Origin: Pseudomonadota bacterium | GTDB lineage: Bacteria > Desulfobacterota > Desulfovibrionia > Desulfovibrionales > Desulfovibrionaceae | Assembly (NCBI GenBank): GCA_023386035.1 | Contig: JAEWKM010000050.1 | Location: forward strand, 67,694-131,693 | Direction: 5' to 3' | DNA: 64,000 nt | In this document: positions 22,668 to 32,500 of the stretch, one piece after another | How positions within the stretch are numbered: position 1 is the first letter of the stretch | How the letters are laid out: the number at the start of each line of letters is the position of its first letter | Notes under the pieces: generated by a model | Databases searched by the model: none | Seen by the model: only the letters and a program-made list of their open reading frames with translations | What the model was told of the DNA's origin: nothing | Translations under genes and position numbers: made by a program

Positions 22668-24200
22668 ATGTTGACGCGCCGTCTGCTATTTCTCACCCCT
22701 GCCCAGGCTGTAACCACGGTCTTTCCTGCCCTGCGTGATGCCGGGTACGAACTTGGTATTGCTGAAAATCTCAAGGGCGCTTCTGTTTTTGTCCGCAAAT
22801 CCGGCCCGGGGATTATTTTTGCGCGTCCTTCCCTGCCCGGCTTTCGGGTGGAAGATCTTCTGGCCGTGGGAGCCGAAGATCCCAATTTTCCTCCGGTGAT
22901 CGTTATTACAGACAAGGGCACAGCCGAAGAAGCCGAGCGCCTTATGAGTCTTGGTGCTCAGGATTACTGGCTGGAGCCTCTTGATGTGGAACGCATTGTG
23001 GCTGTTGCCCGTTCCTTGGGCAATGGCGCGGCATCCCGCAAGGCGGCAGCACCTTCCACGTCCACCCTGGGCGGGCGAAAACCCCACTATGTGAACGCAA
23101 CCGGGCCGCGCATTGTGGGCAGGCATCCGGCTATGACCAGGGTGCTGCAACTGGCGCGTCAGGTCGCCGGTTCAAAAGCCACGGTGCTTATTACCGGTGA
23201 ATCGGGCACGGGCAAGGAAATGTTCGCCCGCTACCTGCACGCCATGAGCAAGCGCGGCGACAAGGCCTTTGTGGCGGTCAACTGCGCTGCCCTGCCGGAA
23301 CATCTTCTTGAAAGCGAGCTTTTCGGTCATGAAAAGGGCGCTTTTACCGGGGCCATAGCCCGCAAGCCCGGCAAATTTGAGCTGGCTGACGGCGGCACCC
23401 TGCTGCTGGACGAAATTTCTGAAATGGATATGGCTTTGCAGGCCAAGCTGTTGCGCGTGCTTCAGGAGGGCGAGGTGGACCGCGTGGGCGGCACGGAAAC
23501 GCTCAAGGTGGATGTGCGCGTGCTGGCCACCACCAACCGCGATCTTGAAGATTGGGTCAAGCAGGGCAAGTTCCGTCAGGACCTCTATTTCAGGCTCAAT
23601 GTCATTCCCTTGCGCCTGCCCTCATTGCGCGAACGCTGTGATGACGTGCTTGAGCTGGCCCATTTTTTTATGGATATGTATGTGCGCGAATACCAGTTGC
23701 CTCAGGCTGCCCTGTCTCAGAGCGCCGTTGACTGGATGCGCGGCTATGATTTTCCCGGTAACGTGCGTGAGTTACAGAATTTGATGGAACGCGCCGTGCT
23801 TTTGGCCAACGGCCGCCCCATAGAACCGCGCCACTTTTTGCTGGAAAATGACGACTGGCCCTTGTTTGAAGAAGATGAGGCGGAATTTGTTGCTGATGAG
23901 ACGCCAGTGGATGCAGCCGAATTTGGCGCAACACGGCCTGTTCTGAACACGGAACATTCGTCTGGTGCGGCAGATACGCATGACGTTCGAGAGGGCGTAT
24001 ATGCCACGCCACAGGCCTCTGCAAACGTATCCGGCGGTGCTGTGATACCTTTGCACGAAATGGAGCGCATAATGATCCTCAAGGGCCTGGAAGCCACATC
24101 GGGCAACCGGACCCAGGCAGCCGACCTTTTGGGCATTTCCGTACGCACCCTGCGCAACAAGCTCAACGAATACCGCGCCGCAGGGCACCCCATCGACTAA
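22668..24200 (+). CDS. Sigma54-dependent Fis-family transcriptional activator with a receiver-like N-terminal domain
   Basis: AAA+ core (GESGTGKE, GAFTGA, LLLDEI, RVLATTN) and a C-terminal Fis HTH (NRTQAADLLGISVRTLRNKL). The N-terminal roughly 120 aa are receiver-like but lack the acidic pocket. Confidence 0.92.
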   Translation: MLTRRLLFLTPAQAVTTVFPALRDAGYELGIAENLKGASVFVRKSGPGIIFARPSLPGFRVEDLLAVGAEDPNFPPVIVITDKGTAEEAERLMSLGAQDYWLEPLDVERIVAVARSLGNGAASRKAAAPSTSTLGGRKPHYVNATGPRIVGRHPAMTRVLQLARQVAGSKATVLITGESGTGKEMFARYLHAMSKRGDKAFVAVNCAALPEHLLESELFGHEKGAFTGAIARKPGKFELADGGTLLLDEISEMDMALQAKLLRVLQEGEVDRVGGTETLKVDVRVLATTNRDLEDWVKQGKFRQDLYFRLNVIPLRLPSLRERCDDVLELAHFFMDMYVREYQLPQAALSQSAVDWMRGYDFPGNVRELQNLMERAVLLANGRPIEPRHFLLENDDWPLFEEDEAEFVADETPVDAAEFGATRPVLNTEHSSGAADTHDVREGVYATPQASANVSGGAVIPLHEMERIMILKGLEATSGNRTQAADLLGISVRTLRNKLNEYRAAGHPID

Positions 24201-24222
24201 CGCCCCATTTGCATAAAAATAA

Positions 24223-24250
24223 AGAAACCCCGGTTTAACCGGGGTTTCTT
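24223..24250 (+). terminator. Rho-independent terminator
   Basis: AGAAACCCCGG-tttaa-CCGGGGTTTCT followed by T. Confidence 0.7.
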
Positions 24251-24483
24251 GCCTCTGGCGAATCAGCGCCGCATCATTGCCGTATCTGCCAGTGCTTTCT
24301 TTGGGATATGGATAAAAGGGCAATGATAAGGAGCGCGGCGTTAAGGGCCGGAAGAGTGCCTCTTTTCAGAAAATTGTTCACTGCGGCCTGCGCCGTAAGT
24401 TTGCCAGTGTTTTGTGGTTAACGCCTGTTGCCAAACGCCGGGCCATTGCCCTTTTCTTGCGCCACTTCCCGAAAATCTAAATT

Positions 24484-25160
24484 CTAGCAGCCGTTGTTGA
24501 TGGTGCAGCAGGATTTTTTGAGTTTTTCGTACAGCCAGGTGAAATCCAGGGTGCCCCGCTCTTCAATCCGGCGCAGTTTTTCCAGTCCATCGGCAGTGAT
24601 TTTTTCAGCCTGCGCAGCCAGTTCTTCAGCTTCTTCGGCGCGCACGGCCACGATGCCGTCGTCATCAGCCACAATTATGTCGCCGGGGTTTATGACCACG
24701 TTACCAATACTGATGGGCACGTTTATTTCGCCGCAGGTGTCCTTGTAAGGACCGTTTGGCGAGACGGGCGGGCGTATACGGGAAAGGGCAGCTCTTTCAG
24801 CGCACGCGCGTCCCGCACGGCTCCGTCGATAACAAATCCGGCCAGACCACGCTTCATGGCCAGATTGGCCATTATTTCTCCGCAGACAGCGCGTTCATCA
24901 TACGCGCCGCACGACACCACAAGCACGTCGCCGGGATTGGCATTGTCGACCGCATAATACAGCAACAGATTTTCGCTGGCAGGCAGGTTCACCGTGTAGG
25001 CCGAACCAACTATGCGGCTGACGCCCAGGGGTTTGAGGGCTGACGGAAAGGCAGCGTTACGGCCCAGGGCATCGCAGATGTCGGCAACCGCGAGGTTGGC
25101 ATACTGATTTATTATGGCAACAGGCAGGCGGTCGAGCTGGCGGTTGATGACAAAACGCAT
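24484..25160 (-). pseudogene. RraA-family protein (RraA / HMG-CHA aldolase / oxaloacetate decarboxylase family) interrupted by a frameshift
   Basis: ORFs 24723-25160 and 24484-24720 are the N- and C-terminal halves of one RraA-like protein. The second frame reads ..VSPNGPYKDTCGEINVPISIGNVVINPGDIIVADDDGIV upstream of its nominal start. The frames join at the GGG run at 24766-24768. Confidence 0.75.
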
Positions 25161-25266
25161 GAATGAGCCTTAGCGGAGCTTTTGTTGAAAATTTTGCGCC
25201 CATCCGTCGGTATGGCGAACGATGACGGATGGGCGCACTCAATTGGGCATGGAGGAGTGAGTTGCC

Positions 25267-26607
25267 CTACTTGCCAGGTTGCGGCGCGGCAACCGGGGAA
25301 GCATTGTCGATGACGTCGAGATCCACGTCCTTGTCCAGCAGATCTTCCACATCAACCTTGCCACTGAGCACGAGGTTGGCGCGGTCAAGATCGATGGACT
25401 TTTCCCAGCGGCCGATGGCCACGGTGGCCACACAGTTACCGATGAGGTTAACCACGGCGCGCATTTCGTTAAGAATGCGGTCAATACCGATAACCAGGGT
25501 CATACCGACCACAGGAATGATATTGGTGGCCGACAAGGTAGCTGCCAGGGCGATAAGAGCCGCGCCAGCAACACCTGCGCCACCTTTGGAGGTCAACAGC
25601 AGGACGAGCATCAGCGTGATCTGGTGCTGGAGATCCAGATGGATGTCCATAGCCTGGGCGATGAAGGAAGCGGCCATGGTAAGATAGATGGCAGCGCCGT
25701 CAAGGTTGAAGGAGTAGCCAGTGGGGAACACGAGGCCCACAACGGACTTCTTGATGCCGAGGGCTTCCATCTTTTCCATGCTGCGGGGCAGAACGGCTTC
25801 AGTGCTGGCAGTACCAAGGGTAATGAAGATTTCTTCCTTCATGTACTTGATAAGCTGCCAGATATTGATGCCGGAGAATTTGCAGACAAGGCCCAGAATA
25901 ATGATAACGAAGAGCGCGCTTGTAATGTAAAGGCAGGCCACAAGCTTGCCCAGTGAGGCCAGAGCGCCCACGCCGTACTTGCCGATGGTAAACGTGATAG
26001 CGCCGAATGCACCGATAGGCGCAAGCTTCATGATCAGGTTAACCACACCGAGGAAGGCGTTGCTGAAACGGTCAAGCGTGCCGAGAATGGCCATCTTGGG
26101 CTTTTCGCCCATGTGGGAAAGGCTCATGCCGAAGAGCACGGAGAACAAGAGCACCTGGAGGAGATTACCTTCAGCAAAGGCACCCACCACGCTGTGGGGG
26201 ATGATGCCCATGAGAAATTCCTGGGTGGTCTGCTGTTTGGCATGCGCGAACTTGCCCAGAGCAGAGGCGTCCATAGTGGCGGGGTCGGCATGAATGCCGG
26301 CGCCGGGCTGGACGAAATGCACAACAACAAGGCCGATAAGCAGTGCAAGAGTCGTGACAATTTCAAAATAAAGCAGTGTTTTACCGCCAACTCGACCTAC
26401 AGCCTTAAGGCTTTCCATACGGGCAATGCCTACGGCAACCGTACAGAAGATAACGGGCGTAATGATCATCTTGATCAAATTGATGAAGACGTCGCCAAGC
26501 GGTTTGAGTTTTACGGCAATATCAGGCTGAATGAAACCAAACGCAATGCCGAGGACAATACCCAAAAGCACCTTGAAATAAAGAGAAGAAAATACTTTCT
26601 TTGACAT
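25267..26607 (-). CDS. dctA: Dicarboxylate/amino acid:cation symporter (DctA/GltP family)
   Basis: Typical DAACS sequence (SLYFKVLLGIVLGI, GTASTEAVLP, MNEMRAVVNLIGN). Start at MSKKVF with a GAGG RBS. Confidence 0.88.
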   Translation of the reverse strand: MSKKVFSSLYFKVLLGIVLGIAFGFIQPDIAVKLKPLGDVFINLIKMIITPVIFCTVAVGIARMESLKAVGRVGGKTLLYFEIVTTLALLIGLVVVHFVQPGAGIHADPATMDASALGKFAHAKQQTTQEFLMGIIPHSVVGAFAEGNLLQVLLFSVLFGMSLSHMGEKPKMAILGTLDRFSNAFLGVVNLIMKLAPIGAFGAITFTIGKYGVGALASLGKLVACLYITSALFVIIILGLVCKFSGINIWQLIKYMKEEIFITLGTASTEAVLPRSMEKMEALGIKKSVVGLVFPTGYSFNLDGAAIYLTMAASFIAQAMDIHLDLQHQITLMLVLLLTSKGGAGVAGAALIALAATLSATNIIPVVGMTLVIGIDRILNEMRAVVNLIGNCVATVAIGRWEKSIDLDRANLVLSGKVDVEDLLDKDVDLDVIDNASPVAAPQPGK

Positions 26608-26736
26608 AGTTACCTCAAACACAGGTAGTGTATGGGGGGGGCGCTACCAGCTTGCGGCATTGCATTTGGCGTTGCGCCCGAAAGGACGAAGGGCCGACGC
26701 CGGGTTTTTTACCGGCGTCGGCTCTTAAGTAATCCT

Positions 26737-27897
26737 TTATGCGCTTTCGTACAGACGGGTCATGATAAATTCGCGATGACCCAGAGCTTCAGCGGCGGTG
26801 TTACGGCCGTTGCAGGTGCGAACGAGCATTTCAAGCAGCATGTCGCCAGCCTGATCCATGTTGATTTCGCGGCGCAGCAGGCCGGAAACGTCCACGTCGA
26901 CGTGTTCGTTCATGGTGCGCACGGTGCGGGGGTTGGCCGACAGTTTGATCACGGGCAGGATGGGGTTGCCGATGATGTTGCCCTGGCCAGTGGGGAAGAA
27001 GTGGGCCACAAATCCGGAAGCAGCGCACAGGGTAACCATTTCGGCCGCGGCGGAAGAGGAGTCCATGAACCACAGGCCGGGGCCGGTGGGGGTTTCGGCC
27101 TTGTCGAGGCAGCCGATGACCGGAGCCTTGCGGCCGATCTTCTGGATGTTGCCAAGAGCTTTTTCTTCGATGGTGGTCAGGCCGCCTTCGATGTTGCCCT
27201 TGGTGGGCTGGGAGTCGCAAAGGTCGTTGGTCTTGTTGTCGTCAACAAGCTTGGCGTAGCGGTCAAAGAAAGCCTTAAACTTGGAGCGCACGTCGTCATT
27301 GGCACAGCGGGCCATGACCAGGTGTTCGCCGCCCGTGATTTCGGTGGTTTCACCGAACAGGGTGGTGGCGCCGGCTTCCCACAGTTTGTCGAAAGCGTTG
27401 CCAACGGTGGGGTTGGCGGCAATACCGGAAGTGGTGTCGGATTCGCCGCACTTGGTGGAAACCCACAGTTCGTCAAGGCTGCATTCGGTGCGCTGCAGTT
27501 CGGTGGCGTAGTGGACAAATTCTTTGGCTTTGAGGGAAGCGGCGCGGATGGTTTCCAGGTCGCCGTGCTGCTCAATGCCGAAGCCCACAACAGGCTTGCC
27601 GGTTTTGGCAATGCCGTCAACCACGCGCTGGGTCCACACGGGCTCGATGCCGATAACGACAACGGCGGCCACGTTGGGGTTGCTACCCGTGCCGATCAGG
27701 GTGCGGAAATGCAGGTCGAGGTCTTCACCGAACTGCAGGCGGCCGTAAGCGTGGGGCAGGGCCATGGTGCCCTTGATGTTGTTGGCAACGGCTTCGCAAG
27801 CGGCGTTGGAAAGGTCGTCCAAAGGCAGAATGATCACATGGTTACGAATGCCCACGCGGCCATTTTCGCGGCGGTAGCCCATAATTGTCTTATTCAT
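26737..27897 (-). CDS. UxaA/GarD-family dehydratase/lyase, large subunit (SuyB-like architecture)
   Basis: [23 protein letters not shown]...[17 protein letters not shown] matches the catalytic domain of the altronate/galactarate dehydratase family. It is encoded separately from the SAF domain. GAGGTGG RBS. Confidence 0.8.
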   Translation of the reverse strand: MNKTIMGYRRENGRVGIRNHVIILPLDDLSNAACEAVANNIKGTMALPHAYGRLQFGEDLDLHFRTLIGTGSNPNVAAVVVIGIEPVWTQRVVDGIAKTGKPVVGFGIEQHGDLETIRAASLKAKEFVHYATELQRTECSLDELWVSTKCGESDTTSGIAANPTVGNAFDKLWEAGATTLFGETTEITGGEHLVMARCANDDVRSKFKAFFDRYAKLVDDNKTNDLCDSQPTKGNIEGGLTTIEEKALGNIQKIGRKAPVIGCLDKAETPTGPGLWFMDSSSAAAEMVTLCAASGFVAHFFPTGQGNIIGNPILPVIKLSANPRTVRTMNEHVDVDVSGLLRREINMDQAGDMLLEMLVRTCNGRNTAAEALGHREFIMTRLYESA

Positions 27898-27901
27898 TGG
27901 T

Positions 27902-28186
27902 TTACCACCTCTTGGTTTTGACGTTGTGCACATGCAGGTGCTCGCCACGCTTGATGGGCTTGACCACCTTGCCGATGTCGGTGCCGTATTTGATAACGGT
28001 GTCGCCTTCAGCAAGATCCTGAAGGGCAATCTTGTGACCGATCGGAATGTCGCTCAGAGTTTCAAACACCAAGGTGGTGTCGCCGTCCATTACCCAGCCG
28101 TTGAGTTGGTCGCCCTTCTTGACGCCTTCAACCACGACCACGCCGACGCTGTCGCCGGGTTCATGCACCACAAAGTGGGTTGTCAT
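27902..28186 (-). CDS. SAF-domain small subunit of a split UxaA-family enzyme (SuyA-like architecture)
   Basis: 94 aa. [27 protein letters not shown] is typical of the SAF/UxaA N-terminal domain. AAGGAG RBS. The stop lies 4 nt before the large-subunit start. Confidence 0.78.
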   Translation of the reverse strand: MTTHFVVHEPGDSVGVVVVEGVKKGDQLNGWVMDGDTTLVFETLSDIPIGHKIALQDLAEGDTVIKYGTDIGKVVKPIKRGEHLHVHNVKTKRW

Positions 28187-28367
28187 ACTTGTCTCCTTGG
28201 ATAGTATGGTAGTAATAAAACGTAAATTGATGTACAAGAGATCTCTAAATTGCATACTTTTTATGCGTAAATGCATTTGCTGTGTAGTTAAATACAAGAC
28301 AAAATTCTTGTATTACACCGCATATGCAATTTGATCACTTGTTGTACCCTAGTCTTGACCAGGTATA

Positions 28368-28383
28368 AGCAAGGTGCATGCCA
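28368..28383 (-). promoter_or_regulatory. Sigma54 (-24/-12) promoter
   Basis: Minus strand reads TGGCATGCACCTTGCT. GG and GC have canonical spacing (consensus TGGCAC-N5-TTGCW). It points toward the SAF/UxaA-like genes and lies between them and the divergent sigma54 activator gene. Confidence 0.75.
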
Positions 28384-28526
28384 AAATAGTAGGAAGGTGG
28401 GTAATCAGCGCCATATAAGGATTTTTTTTCACAATGTTGATTGGTTAACCAACTAATAATGCCCATTTTGTGTAAAACTGCTTGTATTTGGGCAATAGAA
28501 TGATTAAATGTGGGCAGAGGTGAGTT

Positions 28527-30176
28527 ATGCCCTACGAGATTTCCGCAGATGGTTTGAGTAATCCTTCCCAGACAGTAGGCCAGGTTGTGCATCATCTGGC
28601 CCGGCTGGTTGTGGGAAAAATGGACCGTAATGCTTTTTTTCGCATGCTATCAAAACAGCTGCGCGTTTTGTTTCACTATGACCGTTTCTGTATCAACCTT
28701 TATGATGCCGAAAGGGAATTTCTCAATCTTTTTACGGCAGCCGACGGCACCGTGGTGGAATCGCTCTCCAACACACGCATTGCCCAGAACACAGTGGCCG
28801 GGCTTGCCATTGCCTCGCGCAAGCCCGTGGTCATCAATGACCTGGCAAATCACGACTTTGGCGACTCCCCCATGCCCCTTTCTACGGTAGGGCTCAATTC
28901 CACCATTGCCCTGCCCCTGATTATCAGTGGCGAAGTTATAGGCACGCTGCACGTCTCTTTTGTGAAGCCGCCGGAAAACATCGTGCAGATTCTCAATGTT
29001 CTTCTGGAGTTGAGCCCGGTGTTGTCCAGTTTTCTTTTTGCCGTGCTGTCTGAAGAACGCCTTGAAAAGGCCCGTGCCGCGCACGCTACCCTGCCGCAAG
29101 CGCCCGACGTCGACACCACGGGCAGTATCCTGCTGTCGTCCAATCTGCTTGAAACTCCTGACATGCACAGGCTTATGGCCCTGGCCCGCAAGGTGGCCAA
29201 ACTGCATATATCGGTAATGATTGTGGGCGAAACGGGCACAGGCAAAAGTATGATGGCCCGCTGGCTGCATCGTCACAGCCCTCGCCGGGGAAGCAATTTT
29301 GTGAAGGTCAACTGCCCTTCCCTGCCCCCTACCCTGTTTGAAAGCGAAATGTTCGGCTATGCCAAGGGTGCTTTTACCGGGGCCACCAGCAAACGCATGG
29401 GCCGTGTGGAGCTGGCGCAGGGCGGGACGCTTTTTCTGGACGAGATAGGCGAACTTGCGCCCGAAATGCAGAGCAAGCTTTTGCAGGTGCTTGAAGAAAA
29501 CTCTTTTGAGCGTGTGGGCGAAGCTTCGCCCATTGGCGTTGATATCCGCGTCATGTCTGCCACCAATATAGATCTTGGGGCAGCTATGGACGAAGGCCGC
29601 CTGCGCCGTGACCTGTATTATCGCCTGGGATCAGTCGTGCTGCGCATGCCGCCACTTCGTGAAAGAAAGAACGATATACCCCTGTTTGTTGAGCATTTTG
29701 TGCAGCAATTTGCCAAAGAATACGAAATAACGCCGCCGAAGCTCTCCCGTTCAGTTATGGAATCCCTGTATGAGCACCGCTGGCCCGGCAACACGCGTGA
29801 ACTGCGCAACGTGGTAAGCCGTCTGCTGCTGCAAACTCTGGACGGCCCCATTACCGACAGTTTTGTGGCAGAAGCACTGCATCTTTGGAAAATTCCGGCA
29901 GAAGGCATTGTGCCAGGCCCAACGGTTCCGGCGGTCGCCACCCTTCCTGGCCCACCGTCCGGCGGCTGGCAGGTACCGATTATGCCCCAGCCAGCAACAG
30001 ATAATATTGGTGGCTTGTCGGCTTTGCCCACGCTTGAAGAAAATGAAAAAGCGCATATTGAAAAGGCGTTGCGCCTTAGCGGGGGCAAGCTTTCCGGCCC
30101 TGGCGGCGCTGCCACGCTGCTTGATGTGCCGCGCTCGACCTTGCAGCACCGTATGCGCAAACTGGGCATACAATAA
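28527..30176 (+). CDS. Sigma54-dependent Fis-family activator with an N-terminal GAF-like sensor domain
   Basis: GAF-like N-terminus. AAA+ core (GETGTGKS, GAFTGA, LFLDEI). C-terminal HTH (AATLLDVPRSTLQHRMRKLGI). Confidence 0.9.
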   Translation: MPYEISADGLSNPSQTVGQVVHHLARLVVGKMDRNAFFRMLSKQLRVLFHYDRFCINLYDAEREFLNLFTAADGTVVESLSNTRIAQNTVAGLAIASRKPVVINDLANHDFGDSPMPLSTVGLNSTIALPLIISGEVIGTLHVSFVKPPENIVQILNVLLELSPVLSSFLFAVLSEERLEKARAAHATLPQAPDVDTTGSILLSSNLLETPDMHRLMALARKVAKLHISVMIVGETGTGKSMMARWLHRHSPRRGSNFVKVNCPSLPPTLFESEMFGYAKGAFTGATSKRMGRVELAQGGTLFLDEIGELAPEMQSKLLQVLEENSFERVGEASPIGVDIRVMSATNIDLGAAMDEGRLRRDLYYRLGSVVLRMPPLRERKNDIPLFVEHFVQQFAKEYEITPPKLSRSVMESLYEHRWPGNTRELRNVVSRLLLQTLDGPITDSFVAEALHLWKIPAEGIVPGPTVPAVATLPGPPSGGWQVPIMPQPATDNIGGLSALPTLEENEKAHIEKALRLSGGKLSGPGGAATLLDVPRSTLQHRMRKLGIQ

Positions 30177-30439
30177 GGGAAACGCTGATTTATTCCGTTT
30201 GGCGGCGTTGCTTCCTTTTTTTGAAACAGTCGAGGACGGAAGAGTCCACTCTTGCTTCAAAAAAAGATCGGGCCTTGCCAAACGAAATAACTGCGCGTTT
30301 ACAGGAGGCTCTTTAATCAGTGCTTCCTAAGACGAGCAGAAGCCTTTTCCGGCGATTGCTCAGTCTTTCTTGAGTTTCCACCAGATTGCGCATATGATGC
30401 CGCTCTACGTCAAAAGCAATTATGCATTCCGGAGTCCGC

Positions 30440-32359
30440 ATGCTTGAGTATATCCGCGATAAATCACAGTCCTTGGGCGTCAAACTGGCCTTTGTGCTCA
30501 TTATCCTCGTCTTTGTTTTCTGGGGCGTGGGCAATTTTAACGACCGCAGCGCGGGCACCCTTGTGGCCGTGGTCAATGGCGATGCCATTACCATGCGTGA
30601 ATTTGAATCTGCCTACCGCAATGCCGAAGAAAATCTGCTGCGCAACGACCCCTCGCTTACCCGCGAGCAGCTGAAGGAACAGCAGCTGGGCCGTCAGGTG
30701 CTGCGTGACCTTGTCACGCAGGTGTTGCTTTCGCAGGAAGCGGTTCGCACGGGCGTAACAATTACGCCTCTGGAACTGCGCATGGCCATTGGCGGCATCA
30801 AGAGCTTCCAGAACGAAAACGGGCAGTTTGATCCCAACGTCTATACCCGCGTGCTGGCGACACAGCGTATTGCCCCTGCACAGTTTGAGCACGATACCTC
30901 GCGCGACATGCTGCGGCAGAAGATTTACGCTATGGTGACGGCTCCTGCTTGGGCTGACCCCGCCGAAGCGCAGAAGCGTTTTGAATTTTTGCGCGAAAAG
31001 CGTGACGTGGACTACATTTTTATAGATTCCGCAGAGTTTGCCCCTTCCATCAAGCCTACTGAAGAGGAAGTGGCCGACTTCTACGAAAGCAATAAGGCGC
31101 AATTCGCCGTGCCCGCCAAGGCAGATATCTCCTATGTTCTGGTCAATCCTCAGGATTTGGTAAAAGCCAGCAGCATCAGCTCTGCCGACGCGCAAAAATG
31201 GTATGAAGGCAACGCTGCCCGTTTTGAGCAGAAAGAAGAAGTTAAGGTCGCCCATATTCTTGTGCCGCTGGCTGAAGACGCGTCTGCAGCCGAAGTGAAA
31301 AAGGCCGAGGATCAGGTTGCCAAGATTGAAGCTGAAATCAAATCCGGCAAAAGCTTTGCCGCAGTGGCCGATGAGCACAATGGCCCCAACGCTGCCGGCC
31401 CTGGTGGCGAGCTTGGCTGGGTCAAACGCAGCATGACGGTCAAGCCCTTTGAAGACGCCGCTTTTGCGCTTGACGCGGGCAAGGTTTCTGCCCCGGTGCG
31501 TACCCAGTTTGGCCTGCACATCATCAAGGTTGAAGAAAAGAAGGCTGGCGGGCTGCCGCCCTTCAAGCAGGTTGAAGCCCAAGTGCTGGCGGCCATGACT
31601 CAGGAACAGGGCGTGGACAAGCTGCACGACGTGGTCGACAGCCTTGTTGAAGACAATATTCTTGGCCGTCCTCTGAAGCAGGGCGCGGAAAAGTACGGCC
31701 TCAAATGGGGTGATACCGGCCTGCTTTCAGCCGCTGAACTTGAAAAAACGCTGGGCGTTACCGCCGCTGGCGCGGCCATTCTTGTGGGCACCCCGGCTGG
31801 CAACCCTGTAGATACGGCCCTTGAGGCCGGAAAGTCCTATGTGGTCGCCCGCGTGCTCAAATCAGAACCCGCAACAACAGCTCCCCTTGAATCTGTGAAG
31901 GGCCAGATCGTTAAGGCCCTTGTTGCGCAGAAGGCGCTTGTGGCAGCTATGGACGCGGCCGCGCAGCTGCGCAAGGAACTGGATGCCGCTCCTCTTGGCG
32001 CGGCGGGCCTCAAGGGCCGCGAAATCAAAAACATCAAGGGTGTGGAGCGCAACGGCGGCCTGGCCAGCTTTGCTCCCGATCCGGAAATGACCGCAGCCCT
32101 GTTTGAAGCCAAGGCCGGGCAATGGCTGCCCGTGGCCTACGCTGTTGAGGGCGATAACGGCGCTGGCGCTGTTCTGGTGCGTGTTAAAGGCGTGCAGGCT
32201 CCCGACGCTGGCGAATGGGACATGGTCAAGGACATCATGGGCAACGCCGTTACCCGTGACCGTGCTGACGGCCTGTTTGAAATGTTTATGCAGCGCCTTG
32301 TTTCCGGTGCCAAGATCGAAGTGTATAACGAAGATTTTGTTGACCGGAAGAACATGTAA
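30440..32359 (+). CDS. ppiD: Periplasmic chaperone / peptidyl-prolyl isomerase PpiD-like (SurA N-domain plus parvulin domain)
   Basis: MLEYIRDKSQSLGVKLAFVLIILVFVFWGV membrane anchor. Parvulin-like HILV...GGELGWV...FGLHIIKV. GGAG RBS. Confidence 0.85.
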   Translation: MLEYIRDKSQSLGVKLAFVLIILVFVFWGVGNFNDRSAGTLVAVVNGDAITMREFESAYRNAEENLLRNDPSLTREQLKEQQLGRQVLRDLVTQVLLSQEAVRTGVTITPLELRMAIGGIKSFQNENGQFDPNVYTRVLATQRIAPAQFEHDTSRDMLRQKIYAMVTAPAWADPAEAQKRFEFLREKRDVDYIFIDSAEFAPSIKPTEEEVADFYESNKAQFAVPAKADISYVLVNPQDLVKASSISSADAQKWYEGNAARFEQKEEVKVAHILVPLAEDASAAEVKKAEDQVAKIEAEIKSGKSFAAVADEHNGPNAAGPGGELGWVKRSMTVKPFEDAAFALDAGKVSAPVRTQFGLHIIKVEEKKAGGLPPFKQVEAQVLAAMTQEQGVDKLHDVVDSLVEDNILGRPLKQGAEKYGLKWGDTGLLSAAELEKTLGVTAAGAAILVGTPAGNPVDTALEAGKSYVVARVLKSEPATTAPLESVKGQIVKALVAQKALVAAMDAAAQLRKELDAAPLGAAGLKGREIKNIKGVERNGGLASFAPDPEMTAALFEAKAGQWLPVAYAVEGDNGAGAVLVRVKGVQAPDAGEWDMVKDIMGNAVTRDRADGLFEMFMQRLVSGAKIEVYNEDFVDRKNM

Positions 32360-32466
32360 TAAAGTTTCGACTGTCTGACAGAGGATATTTGCGTGCGGAT
32401 AAAATACCGTAGTATCCCTGACAGGCTTGAAAAAAAAGGCTTTCGCGCCTGATCCTGGAATATTCT

Positions 32467-32500
32467 GGCCGGAGCCGCTTGACGGCTCCGGCCTTGTTTG
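32467..32500 (+). terminator. Rho-independent terminator
   Basis: GGCCGGAGCC-gcttgac-GGCTCCGGCC followed by TTGTTTG. Confidence 0.75.

Noticed and set aside
24484-24720. Treating 24484-24720 and 24723-25160 as two independent small genes.
   Set aside because: Homology to a single RraA-like protein continues across the junction in a shifted frame, and the downstream piece has no start or RBS of its own (its nominal start is an internal GTG).
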